DNA from: a virus
Length of the DNA: 64,000 bases
Strand: one strand, 5' to 3'
Virus record (IMG/VR): IMGVR_UViG_3300031413_000005
Span: 32,001-96,000 of that record
In this document: positions 1 through 8,518 of the stretch, in pieces
Layout of the letters: each line of letters begins with the position of its first letter
How positions within the stretch are numbered: the stretch's first letter is position 1
Position numbers and translations under genes: made by a program
The notes under the pieces: generated by a model
What the model saw: only the letters and a program-made list of their open reading frames with translations
The model's database searches: none
What the model was told of the DNA's origin: nothing

Positions 1-14
1 GAAGTCCTCGTGAT

Positions 15-2015
15 TCACGCCGTCCGCACCGTGCTGACGTTGTTCTTCTTCGTGACGATCATCGTGTTGCGGCAGTAGGCGCCGATGTCGTTGTGGCTGA
101 TGACCATGACGGTGCCGCGGTCGCGCGCCTTCTCCTCGAGCACGCCCATGAGGCGCTCGAGCCCGGCGTCGTCGAGCGCGTCGTCGATCTCGTCACCGAC
201 GAACAGTTCGAGGGACTTGGTCGCGCGGCTGGCGACAAGATCCTGGAGCGCGAGGAAGCAGGACAGACGCACCTTGCGCTTCTCGCCGCCCGACAGGTTC
301 TTGAACGACGGTGCGGAGCCTTGCTTCTCGACGGCGATCGAGAACCGCTCTTGTAGATCCTTGCCGCTCTTGGAGAGGGTGAGGGTGGTCCAATAGGCTT
401 CGATGATGCCGTCGGTCAGCGAGCCCAGATAATGCGCGGTGCGTTCGTTGAGGAACGGGGTCGCTTCATCGAGACGATGCGCGCGGACGCCGGCAGGCGC
501 GAAGACATCGACGACGGCGCTGGCATAGCTCACCGCGACATCGGCTTCCTTCACGGCTTCGAGCGCCTCCTTTTGAGCGGCCGCAAACTTTACGAGCTCC
601 GCGTCGAGCTGGGTCAGCATGTCGACGTAAGGGTTGGTCTCGGCGCCGATGCGCTTGAAGTCCTCGTTGAGCTGGCGAGCGGCGACGATCATGCGCTCGA
701 CCTCGCGATGCTTGTGCTGCACGAGCTGGAGCTCGCGCTGGAGCGAGGCGAGCCGGTCATTCTCCATCGAGATGTCCGTCATCGACGTGCGGTGATCGGT
801 GAGGGCCTTCTCAGCTGCGGTGAGGAGCTTGTCGACCTGCGGGACTTTCTTGGCCGTCGCGTCGCGCGCGACAACCGCCTCTGCGTGCGCCGTCTCTGCC
901 TGCGTCACGGCATTCTTTGCCACTTCGACCTTTGCCACTGCGTTCGCGATCGCGGTGTTCAGGTGGGCAGCTTCGAGCGGTCGACCGCAATCGTCGCACG
1001 GACGTCCGACGCCGGCCTTCACCTGCTCGACGTAGCGCTCGGCCGAGGTGACCTGAGCCTTCGCGTTGTCGATCATGCGGAGCCGCATCACGACCGTCGA
1101 CTCCTGACCGGCGAGGGCTTGGGCAACGGAGCTCTTTGCCGCGACCACACGCTGCACGTCCCCGGCCAGCTCACGCTCGCGCACCTGCTCACCAGCGACG
1201 GCGTTGATCGCGCTGCGTGCTGCTCCCATCGCGGTTTCGATCCCGGCGATCTCGTTCGGGTCGAGCTTCTTGTTCTCGGCCGCTGCGTTGGTGGCTGCGT
1301 CGATCGCCGCCTGACGTGCGTTCGCGATGCGCGGAACCTGCTCGTCATCCCAGGCTTCGCGGGAGACGGTCTGTCGAGCGATATGGTCGCGTGTCTGCGC
1401 GTGACGGTCGGTCGCGCGGTCGAGCGTCATTTGCGCGTCAGCGCGCTTGAGAGACGCGTCCCGCATGCGCTCGCGTGCGGTCTCGTATGCTCGCGCGAGC
1501 ACGTCGACCCCGGCAGCTTGCTCCACCAGCGTCTTGAGGTTCTTGTCCGTCATGCCGGGCAGGTCTGGCATTGCCTCCTGGCCTGCATACACCGCGGCGT
1601 TGAACACCTCCTCCGAGCAGCCCAGGATCTTCTCGATCAGCTTCTGGGTCTCGGGCGTGGTGCCCTTGGTGATCTCGTTGCCATTGGCGAACACCTGGAG
1701 GGCGTTCTTCAGCTTGGGGAACTTGCGGTGACGGATGATCTCGTAGACGTCCGCGCCGTCAAACAGCTTCCATGCGACCCTCGTGCCCTTGCCGAGCGAG
1801 GTGTTGACGACGTCGTCGCCGCTCACGTCGCGTGCGGTCGTGCCCCACAGACACCATGCGAGCGCGTCACCGATCGAGCTCTTGCCCGCACCGTTTGAGT
1901 CAGCGGCGGTCTCGTCGCTTTCACCGGAGATGTGGACCAGGCCGCGCCCGTCGAGGTTTACCTTGGCGTGACCGATGGTCAGGAACGCGTCGATCTCGCC
2001 GTCACCGAACCGCAT
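15..2015 (-). CDS. sbcC: SbcC/Rad50 (gp46-like) ATPase subunit of recombination nuclease
   Basis: Walker A SNGAGKS, coiled coil with CDDC zinc hook, signature LSGGE, Walker B FVGDE, H-loop ISH. Start taken at MRFGDGE. Confidence 0.92.
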   Translation of the reverse strand: MRFGDGEIDAFLTIGHAKVNLDGRGLVHISGESDETAADSNGAGKSSIGDALAWCLWGTTARDVSGDDVVNTSLGKGTRVAWKLFDGADVYEIIRHRKFPKLKNALQVFANGNEITKGTTPETQKLIEKILGCSEEVFNAAVYAGQEAMPDLPGMTDKNLKTLVEQAAGVDVLARAYETARERMRDASLKRADAQMTLDRATDRHAQTRDHIARQTVSREAWDDEQVPRIANARQAAIDAATNAAAENKKLDPNEIAGIETAMGAARSAINAVAGEQVRERELAGDVQRVVAAKSSVAQALAGQESTVVMRLRMIDNAKAQVTSAERYVEQVKAGVGRPCDDCGRPLEAAHLNTAIANAVAKVEVAKNAVTQAETAHAEAVVARDATAKKVPQVDKLLTAAEKALTDHRTSMTDISMENDRLASLQRELQLVQHKHREVERMIVAARQLNEDFKRIGAETNPYVDMLTQLDAELVKFAAAQKEALEAVKEADVAVSYASAVVDVFAPAGVRAHRLDEATPFLNERTAHYLGSLTDGIIEAYWTTLTLSKSGKDLQERFSIAVEKQGSAPSFKNLSGGEKRKVRLSCFLALQDLVASRATKSLELFVGDEIDDALDDAGLERLMGVLEEKARDRGTVMVISHNDIGAYCRNTMIVTKKNNVSTVRTA

Positions 2016-2187
2016 GCTTAATCTCCTTGATGTCTTTGTGGGTCGCGAACAGCATGGCGACCGCGAGGCAGGTGAAGACCAGCCACATGAGGTGGTCTTC
2101 CAATTCGAATGAGAGCCACGCGAGATAGACATTCGCGAACGCGAACAGGATCTCGAGCACGGCCCAGAACAGGTGCCGACCGATCAT
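2002..2187 (-). CDS. Small two-TM membrane protein
   Basis: 61 aa with two hydrophobic stretches; overlaps both neighbours in the operon. Confidence 0.6.
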   Translation of the reverse strand: MIGRHLFWAVLEILFAFANVYLAWLSFELEDHLMWLVFTCLAVAMLFATHKDIKEIKHAVR

Positions 2188-3233
2188 GCGGTGATGGTCT
2201 CGCGCAGCACGTCGAGCGCCATGGTGGCGACGCGGTCGCGGTCGAGCGTGGTGTTGAGGTGATCGCGTGCATAGGACGTGATCGCGGCTTCGAGCGTCGT
2301 GTTGGGGGCGACGTTGGTCGCACCGCGCACGGTCGGGCGTTTCTTCGACGAGTGGTCGACGAGGCCGATCGCGCCAGCATTCTCGAGCGACGATCGCGTG
2401 GCCTTGATGACCGCTTCCTCTGCGTCCTGAAGGCGCATGCGCACGTAATTGCCGAAGATGCCCGGCATGGTTGCGTCGGGGACGGTGACACCGTGGTCGA
2501 GGTTAACGAACTTGGGCGCGTTGCTCTCGACGAACTCGGTCTTGTTCGCATCCTCCAGCATGATGAAGCCCGCCTTGGTGCCGGGGTCGCTCCACGTCTG
2601 CATGCTGCTTGCGCCGATCGAGAATACGCCGTGCGAGAAGTTGACATGGTTGTGATAGTGGCCGGCGAGCACGCGGTTGTAGCCGAGAGCGATCAGCTCG
2701 TCGGCTTCGAGACCGTGGTCTGGAATGCCCTTGATGACGCCGTTGACCGGTGCGTGAATGATGAGGTCGAGGTGCGGGCTCGCGTTGACCTTCATGACCT
2801 TGCGCAGCTCGTCCAGATCCTGGATCCACGGCAACAGGAACACGCCGTCCTTGATCGTCGGTTCGGTGATCGCGGTGAAGCCTGGGATCTCGTCGAGCGC
2901 CTGCATCGAGTTGCCCAGCTTGTTCGCGACGATGTCTTCGAGGTCGTGGTTGCCGGCGATCGCGTCGACTTCGAGGCCCATCGCGCTGATCGCCTTGAAG
3001 GTCGCGATCGTGGGGTTGAGCACCGACGGCTCGATCTTGCCGCGGACGTGAAAGAGGTCGCCGCCCAGGATCATGCGCTTCCAGCCGCGCTTCTTCGTCA
3101 TCTCGGCCTGGCGCAGCAGCTCATCGAGGATGATGCGGAGACGGCTGTTCACGCCGTCCTCGTTCACACGCGAGAACTGCGACCATGAATGGCAGTGGTG
3201 GTCTGACGAAAGAGAATAGGGAGGAATCATCAA
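2184..3233 (-). CDS. sbcD: SbcD/Mre11 (gp47-like) metallophosphoesterase nuclease
   Basis: SDHH, GGDLFH, AGNHD and GHYH motifs; adjacent to SbcC. Confidence 0.92.
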   Translation of the reverse strand: MMIPPYSLSSDHHCHSWSQFSRVNEDGVNSRLRIILDELLRQAEMTKKRGWKRMILGGDLFHVRGKIEPSVLNPTIATFKAISAMGLEVDAIAGNHDLEDIVANKLGNSMQALDEIPGFTAITEPTIKDGVFLLPWIQDLDELRKVMKVNASPHLDLIIHAPVNGVIKGIPDHGLEADELIALGYNRVLAGHYHNHVNFSHGVFSIGASSMQTWSDPGTKAGFIMLEDANKTEFVESNAPKFVNLDHGVTVPDATMPGIFGNYVRMRLQDAEEAVIKATRSSLENAGAIGLVDHSSKKRPTVRGATNVAPNTTLEAAITSYARDHLNTTLDRDRVATMALDVLRETITA

Positions 3234-3263
3234 CGCTCCTGACGTGTGCGTGTGTGTTGTTGA

Positions 3264-3722
3264 CTATGCAATATCGCGCACCTTGCGCTTGCGCAAGGGC
3301 GGCGTGAGATGCCGGTGATGGAAACGACCGTAGGGCAAGATCCTGATCGCTCGACCGCGGTAATTGGCGCGGGTGCGGGTAAGGTTCGGATCGAAGAACT
3401 CGGCGATCGGCACGACCGAAAGGCGGGCGAGCTCCTCCACGACGATCGCGACGACTTTGCACTCTGCCTTGATCGCGCGCTGGAGCACGACGTTGTCGAC
3501 GCCGAGTCCTGCGGTGCCCATCTGAAGCGCCTCGTCGATGCTCTTTGCACCACCGCGCCAGATGTCTTTGCCCTTGGTCTCGATGATAAGCATCTTCACG
3601 CCGGGATCTTCGAGGTCGAGCGGATTGAGCTTGGTGATGACCTTGCCCTTCACGCCCGGCGCCGCGACGATCTCAGCTTCCCGTCGAGCCGCTTTCAGCA
3701 GGGGACGGAGCAGCTTGTTCAT
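3264..3722 (-). CDS. Hypothetical phage protein
   Basis: Fills the operon gap (start MNKLLRP); its stop codon lies inside a 24-bp element. Confidence 0.6.
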   Translation of the reverse strand: MNKLLRPLLKAARREAEIVAAPGVKGKVITKLNPLDLEDPGVKMLIIETKGKDIWRGGAKSIDEALQMGTAGLGVDNVVLQRAIKAECKVVAIVVEELARLSVVPIAEFFDPNLTRTRANYRGRAIRILPYGRFHHRHLTPPLRKRKVRDIA

Positions 3723-4227
3723 GCTCGCGGAGAAGGTAGATGGCCGTGAGCTTGGACTGCGGGTTGATGATGCGCGGGCCATAGTTTCTCCGAAGCCAGG
3801 TGGCGAGTTCGCGGGCAGCGTCTGCGATCAGCGTGCCCAGCATGAGGTGATTGGCGTGCGCATGGTCGCGAAGAATGCGGCCGATGCCACCACCGTCGAC
3901 GTGAATGACGCGGGAGTATCCGAAGACGGTCTCGGTCTTGGTGTTGTAGAGGCCGACCCGGTCACCGACGCGCAAGCGATCGACCCATGCCGACCCCACG
4001 CGGAAGGTGTTCGCGAGATGGGACAGGCCCGTCTCGTCCTGGAACGACAAAGCCGGCACCGTGACATTGCACGAGGCCGGCTGCTGCGCGAACGCGGCGC
4101 AACTCGATTGGAGGGCACAATACTCGCATGGCGAGTGCTGCGATCCGGCCGACCACGAGAGGTCAGGCATGCGACGCAGTGGTCGCGTGTTCGTGTTGAT
4201 ACCGGTCAAGATTGGTTCTGCGATCAT
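3673..4227 (-). CDS. Cys-cluster plus possible ASCH/PUA-like domain protein
   Basis: PCEYCALQSSC cluster followed by NTFRVG...LRVGDRVGLYN, which resembles the ASCH pattern. Confidence 0.5.
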   Translation of the reverse strand: MIAEPILTGINTNTRPLRRMPDLSWSAGSQHSPCEYCALQSSCAAFAQQPASCNVTVPALSFQDETGLSHLANTFRVGSAWVDRLRVGDRVGLYNTKTETVFGYSRVIHVDGGGIGRILRDHAHANHLMLGTLIADAARELATWLRRNYGPRIINPQSKLTAIYLLREHEQAAPSPAESGSTGS

Positions 4228-4237
4228 GTGACGCTTT

Positions 4238-4283
4238 TACCGTCGAGCGAGCACCGAAGCTCTTGGCGCTTTGCTCGACGGTA
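4238..4283. other. Intergenic inverted repeat (hairpin)
   Basis: 11-bp perfect arms taccgtcgagc / gctcgacggta. Confidence 0.6.
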
Positions 4284-4290
4284 TCGGCTT

Positions 4291-4632
4291 TTACAGGTTG
4301 ATCTTGTTCGCGGCGACGACCGCCTTGAGAGGTGCGACCGTGTCAGGCGCGTACCGCTCGGCGTAAGCGACCATCCCGCGTATGGCCTGGAGAGCTACGC
4401 GACGACGATCGACCTCCTCGGTGATGACGTCCTGTAATTCCTGAACGCGGGCGACGAGGCGGGTACGCTCGCTGTTGCTGAACACCGCGACGCGCGCGGC
4501 GACGCTGTCAGCGAACTCATCGACCATGAAGTCCTCACCGACGCCCAGCTCGATCAGGCATGCGGCCACGGTTTCCCGCGCCTTCTTGGAAGGACGCGGG
4601 TTGCGCAGGCGGTAGAGCAGCTTGGCGATCAT
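4291..4632 (-). CDS. Hypothetical protein
   Basis: 113 aa; ATGA overlap with the recA stop. Confidence 0.65.
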   Translation of the reverse strand: MIAKLLYRLRNPRPSKKARETVAACLIELGVGEDFMVDEFADSVAARVAVFSNSERTRLVARVQELQDVITEEVDRRRVALQAIRGMVAYAERYAPDTVAPLKAVVAANKINL

Positions 4633-5732
4633 GCGGCGTCTGCCACGGGAGCGAGAGCGGCGAGGGCGTCAGCGACGGCGTTGTCGTCTTCCTCCTCGAT
4701 CGCACCGACGACCGAACCGTTCTCGGCCAGGTCGAGCAGCACTTCCATGATGTCAGGCACGCCCTGGAGCATCGGGGTGAGCTGGCTCTGGTAATATTTC
4801 TTGCCGCCCCAAACGATATAGGCGCCCGCGGTCTCAAGCTTGCCCTTCGACTTGAGGTGCGTCAGCATCGTGTCGATCGTGTCGATGTAGCCCGTGCCGT
4901 CCTCGTTGAACTTGAACTCAAACGCCGTCTTCATGAAGGGGCGATAGGTCTTGTTCTTGATGCACTCGAGGCGGATCGTCTGGCCGGTGACCTCCTTCGT
5001 GTCCTTCTTGTTGTCCTTGTTCATGGACCGGGCGAGGTAGATCTTGACGGCGTCGTAATAGAACATCGCCTCGCCGCCTGGCGTGTAGCGCGGATCGCCA
5101 TGGAGAACGCCGGGCTTGAGGCGCATCTGGTTGAGGAAGATCGCGAGAATGTTGTTCTCGACGACGAACTGGTTGAACGCCGGGAGCTCCTGCGAGAACG
5201 CGGTTGCGAGCGCCAGCTTGTCGCGCATGTTGAGCGCTTCCCCCGGCTTGCGGGGCTCGAGCTTGGCAGCAGGAACCATTGCGGCTGCGGAGTCGAACAC
5301 GCACACCAGCGGCGCAGAGAAGGGGATGACGTCTGCCTTGCGGATAACGCTCATCCAGTCGATCGCCTGATCGAACGATTCCTCCAGGCTGCGCGGCCGG
5401 CGATAGGTCCACAGGCCCGGCTCGATCGAACCACCGAAGCGATTGAACAGCGACGGGACGAACGTGCGCTCGTGGTCGTGGAATGCGCCGGCGCCGCCTG
5501 CGTTCTGCGCTTCCTTAATGACGTGCTGCGCGAGCAGCGTCTTACCGGCCGACGCCGGGCTTGCGATCTCGACGATGCGCGAGGACTTCAGGCCACCACC
5601 GCGGTACTTGCCGGAGATGGCGTGGTCGACGTTCGGGATGCCCGTCGAGAGATGGAGGCCGTCATCGTGGATCGTGTCCGACGTGACCTTGCCCTTGGAC
5701 AAAGCGCCAGCGAGCTTGTTGGCGAGACTCAT
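4629..5732 (-). CDS. recA: RecA/UvsX-like recombinase
   Basis: STGIPNVD, Walker A-like SPASAGKT, FDSAAAM, IFLNQMR, TPGG, CIKNK. Start at MSLANKL. Confidence 0.9.
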   Translation of the reverse strand: MSLANKLAGALSKGKVTSDTIHDDGLHLSTGIPNVDHAISGKYRGGGLKSSRIVEIASPASAGKTLLAQHVIKEAQNAGGAGAFHDHERTFVPSLFNRFGGSIEPGLWTYRRPRSLEESFDQAIDWMSVIRKADVIPFSAPLVCVFDSAAAMVPAAKLEPRKPGEALNMRDKLALATAFSQELPAFNQFVVENNILAIFLNQMRLKPGVLHGDPRYTPGGEAMFYYDAVKIYLARSMNKDNKKDTKEVTGQTIRLECIKNKTYRPFMKTAFEFKFNEDGTGYIDTIDTMLTHLKSKGKLETAGAYIVWGGKKYYQSQLTPMLQGVPDIMEVLLDLAENGSVVGAIEEEDDNAVADALAALAPVADAA

Positions 5733-6700
5733 GCGGTTACCTCTTGGGTCTGGGTGAATGGTTTCATCCACGCCTCTGCGTCGCGAAGGATCGAGCTGAA
5801 GGAGAGCTCGGCACAGAAGTTGCGGAAGGCCGGCACGTCGACATCGCAGCGGGTTGCGCGAATGTTGATCGGTGCGGGGATTGAGGGATGGGAGAGATCC
5901 ATCAGCTCGAGCGCGAACTCGAACCGCTGTTTGACTTCGGGATCGTCACGGAGGTTTTGGTATTTGGTCGGCAGCAGGGTCGGTTGACCCTTCTTCGCCT
6001 TCGGGCAGGTCTGGCCGGCAGCTACCCAGCGCGCGACCGCTTCTTCCTGCGTGATGCGCTGGAGCTCGTGGACGTCGTCGAAGACGGACAAGAGCAATTC
6101 TGCCCCATCACCACCAACACCCGTGCGCGGCTTGATGTTGTCGCCCGTGTCGCCCTGGAGGGCCTTGGAGTGGACGAACGCTCGCTGCGTCTTGTAGCCG
6201 GTGAAGCCCTTGAACGTCGCCGCGGTGCATTTCTTCGCAGCGCGGTGGTCGCTCCACACGACGCCCGGCTCGACCAGCTGGCACCAATCCTGATCGCCCG
6301 TTTCGAGCATGACCGAGTCACCGTTTGCCAGTGCTCGACGCGTCATGATCGCCGCGAGATCGTCGGCCTCCATGTTGCCGGCGATGATCTGCGGAACGCC
6401 AAGGTAATGCAGACCACGAACGATGAACTGCTTCTGCGCCTTGTATTTGGCGCGCTCGTTGATCTGCTCCTGGGTCTTCTGTCGCGTGCCCTTGTATTCG
6501 GGGTAGCGATCGTAGCGCCAGGACCGCCCGTCCCACAGCACGACCGGCTTGGTCATGGTGGACTCGAGCATCTTACGGATCGTACCCAGAGCGCCATAGA
6601 TCGCGGTGGTCTCCTGACCGCCCGCCACCAGTGGTTTGCCCTTGCGAGCCGACGCAGCGAAACCAACGCTGTTTCCGTCAATGTAAGTGCGCATCGTCAT
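5729..6700 (-). CDS. 5'-3' exonuclease / flap endonuclease (T4 RNase H-like)
   Basis: IDGNS, WDG, YPEYKGTR, EADD, GDQDWCQL, LQGDTGDNI motifs. Confidence 0.9.
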   Translation of the reverse strand: MTMRTYIDGNSVGFAASARKGKPLVAGGQETTAIYGALGTIRKMLESTMTKPVVLWDGRSWRYDRYPEYKGTRQKTQEQINERAKYKAQKQFIVRGLHYLGVPQIIAGNMEADDLAAIMTRRALANGDSVMLETGDQDWCQLVEPGVVWSDHRAAKKCTAATFKGFTGYKTQRAFVHSKALQGDTGDNIKPRTGVGGDGAELLLSVFDDVHELQRITQEEAVARWVAAGQTCPKAKKGQPTLLPTKYQNLRDDPEVKQRFEFALELMDLSHPSIPAPINIRATRCDVDVPAFRNFCAELSFSSILRDAEAWMKPFTQTQEVTA

Positions 6701-6722
6701 GTGTGTCGTCTACCATGCACGA

Positions 6723-6791
6723 CGCACGAGGTTCGATTGGGAACCTCGTGCGAGAACAAGACGCCGGGGAAAGGAGGCTACCCCGGCGTCT
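6723..6791 (-). terminator. Tandem hairpins downstream of ssb (terminator or processing site)
   Basis: 12-bp perfect inverted repeat at 6723-6752 and 11-bp inverted repeat at 6759-6791. Confidence 0.6.
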
Positions 6792-6797
6792 AACTTA

Positions 6798-7889
6798 TCA
6801 ATCGAGCGATGCGAGGATCGCGTCGATGTCCGCGCTGTTCGCGGGCGGCACGTCTGCCTTGGGAGGCGTCGGTGCCGGGGTCGGTGCTGCGACCTGCTGG
6901 ACCGGTGCCTGGACCGGAGCGACAGTCTCGACGACCGGTGCTGCGGTGCCGTTGATCGCGGCGAGAGCTGCCTCGATCGGATCGACCGGCGTATCGACGA
7001 CCGGCGTATAAACCGCGTCTTCGATCACGGGCGCACCAGCTGCGGGGCCACCGGCGTCGGTCGGGAGGCTGTCATCGAGAACCGACGTGACAGCCGCGGT
7101 CGAGATGTTCGTCACCGGAGGAGCCGTCAGTGCAGCGTTCGCGCTGCCTGCGCCGCCCGTGAGAACCGCTGCGACCGAACCTGCGCCGGCCGTGTTGATG
7201 CCCAGCTTGCCGAGCACGCCCAGAGCCTTCTGCTCCTTCGCTTCGAACAGTGCGGTGACCCAACCGTCGAGGTCGTGCGCCTTGTCGAGGATCGCAGCAC
7301 CGAGCGGTGCGGGCTTCGGCGTTGCGAGGAACGTGTATTTGGTGTCGTTCTTGCCCGTGCCGGTGCGGCTGCACTGGAACACATGACCGCGCGTCAGCGA
7401 GGCCAGGTCATGCGACGGATCGACGTCGAGATAGATCATGAACTGCGCCAGGATCATATCGAACTGCGTCTCGGACAGCTCGACCAGCACCGGCTCACCT
7501 GCCGGCTGCTCCTTGTCGTTCAGGATCAGTGCGTTGAAGATCACGCGCGGACCGCCGAGCATTTCCTTGAAATGGTCCTTGACGTCTTCCGACGGCGCAC
7601 GCTTCATGCCGTCGAACACCATCTCGCGCAGCGGGTCTTCCTGACCATAGGTCAAGAACTTGTCGCCGATGACCACGAGGTCGGCGCCGTCGAACGACTT
7701 GAGATACAGCTGACCGAAACGACGGTCCCAGTCTGCGTTCGGATCCTTGTCGGGCAGGATGCGGAACAGCGTGTCGCCGACCTTGAACTTGTAGGGGCGG
7801 AGACCCTTGCTCTTGCCAGCTGCGATGTCGCCGCGCTTTGCAGCGATACGATCGCGAAGGCTCAATGCAGTCGTCATGTCGAAATTCAC
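6798..7889 (-). CDS. Single-stranded DNA-binding protein (T4 gp32-like)
   Basis: FRILP motif, SRTGTGKNDTKY, Ala/Pro-rich linker, acidic tail DIDAILASLD; replication-module context. Confidence 0.75.
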   Translation of the reverse strand: MNFDMTTALSLRDRIAAKRGDIAAGKSKGLRPYKFKVGDTLFRILPDKDPNADWDRRFGQLYLKSFDGADLVVIGDKFLTYGQEDPLREMVFDGMKRAPSEDVKDHFKEMLGGPRVIFNALILNDKEQPAGEPVLVELSETQFDMILAQFMIYLDVDPSHDLASLTRGHVFQCSRTGTGKNDTKYTFLATPKPAPLGAAILDKAHDLDGWVTALFEAKEQKALGVLGKLGINTAGAGSVAAVLTGGAGSANAALTAPPVTNISTAAVTSVLDDSLPTDAGGPAAGAPVIEDAVYTPVVDTPVDPIEAALAAINGTAAPVVETVAPVQAPVQQVAAPTPAPTPPKADVPPANSADIDAILASLD

Positions 7890-7961
7890 TCCTTGTTGTG
7901 TTGTCTGCTATGCACGAACGTCGTGCGAAAAACTCTTGGCACTTACGGTTAGAGAGGTGGC

Positions 7962-8474
7962 TTATGCTCCCGGTGGTGCATCTGCGGTGCCAGTGCGAAC
8001 CGCGGACGCATCGCGACGGGCGCGGTAGCTTTCGGCTGACTGGCGTGCGGTCTGCACGGTCTGGTTGTTCTGCATCTGGGCGCGGGACAGATGCCCCAAG
8101 CCGGTCAGCATTTCAGTGCGCGTGCGGAAAGCGAAATACGCCATCTTGGTGATGGTCTCGATTTCCTCGGCATCGATCAGGAGGAGGGCGGTTGTCTTCA
8201 CCACGCCATCCAAGTCGACGGTGTCGCGAACGAGGTCCGCGGTCGCCTTCTCACCAGCGTTCACAAGCTCCGTGCGCACCCGCTTGGCGACCGACGCTCG
8301 CGTCGTCTTATCCAAGAGCTTGATACGTGCGGCCTGCTTCTGTGCGCCGGCATGCTTGATGCCGTAGAAGGCGCACATCTGCGTTTGCGTTCGCATGGCC
8401 TCCGAAATGTCGTCCTGATGGGCGGCGATGTCCTTGAGGAAGGTATCGACGTCCATGAATTGTTCTAGCTGCAA
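7962..8474 (-). CDS. Helical protein, possible UvsY-like recombination mediator
   Basis: 170 aa, coiled-coil character, next to ssb and recA. Function inferred from context only. Confidence 0.45.
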   Translation of the reverse strand: MQLEQFMDVDTFLKDIAAHQDDISEAMRTQTQMCAFYGIKHAGAQKQAARIKLLDKTTRASVAKRVRTELVNAGEKATADLVRDTVDLDGVVKTTALLLIDAEEIETITKMAYFAFRTRTEMLTGLGHLSRAQMQNNQTVQTARQSAESYRARRDASAVRTGTADAPPGA

Positions 8475-8518
8475 GATCCTTTTCCTTCAGTGCGTCCCTT
8501 CGACTGCATGTGTGTCGT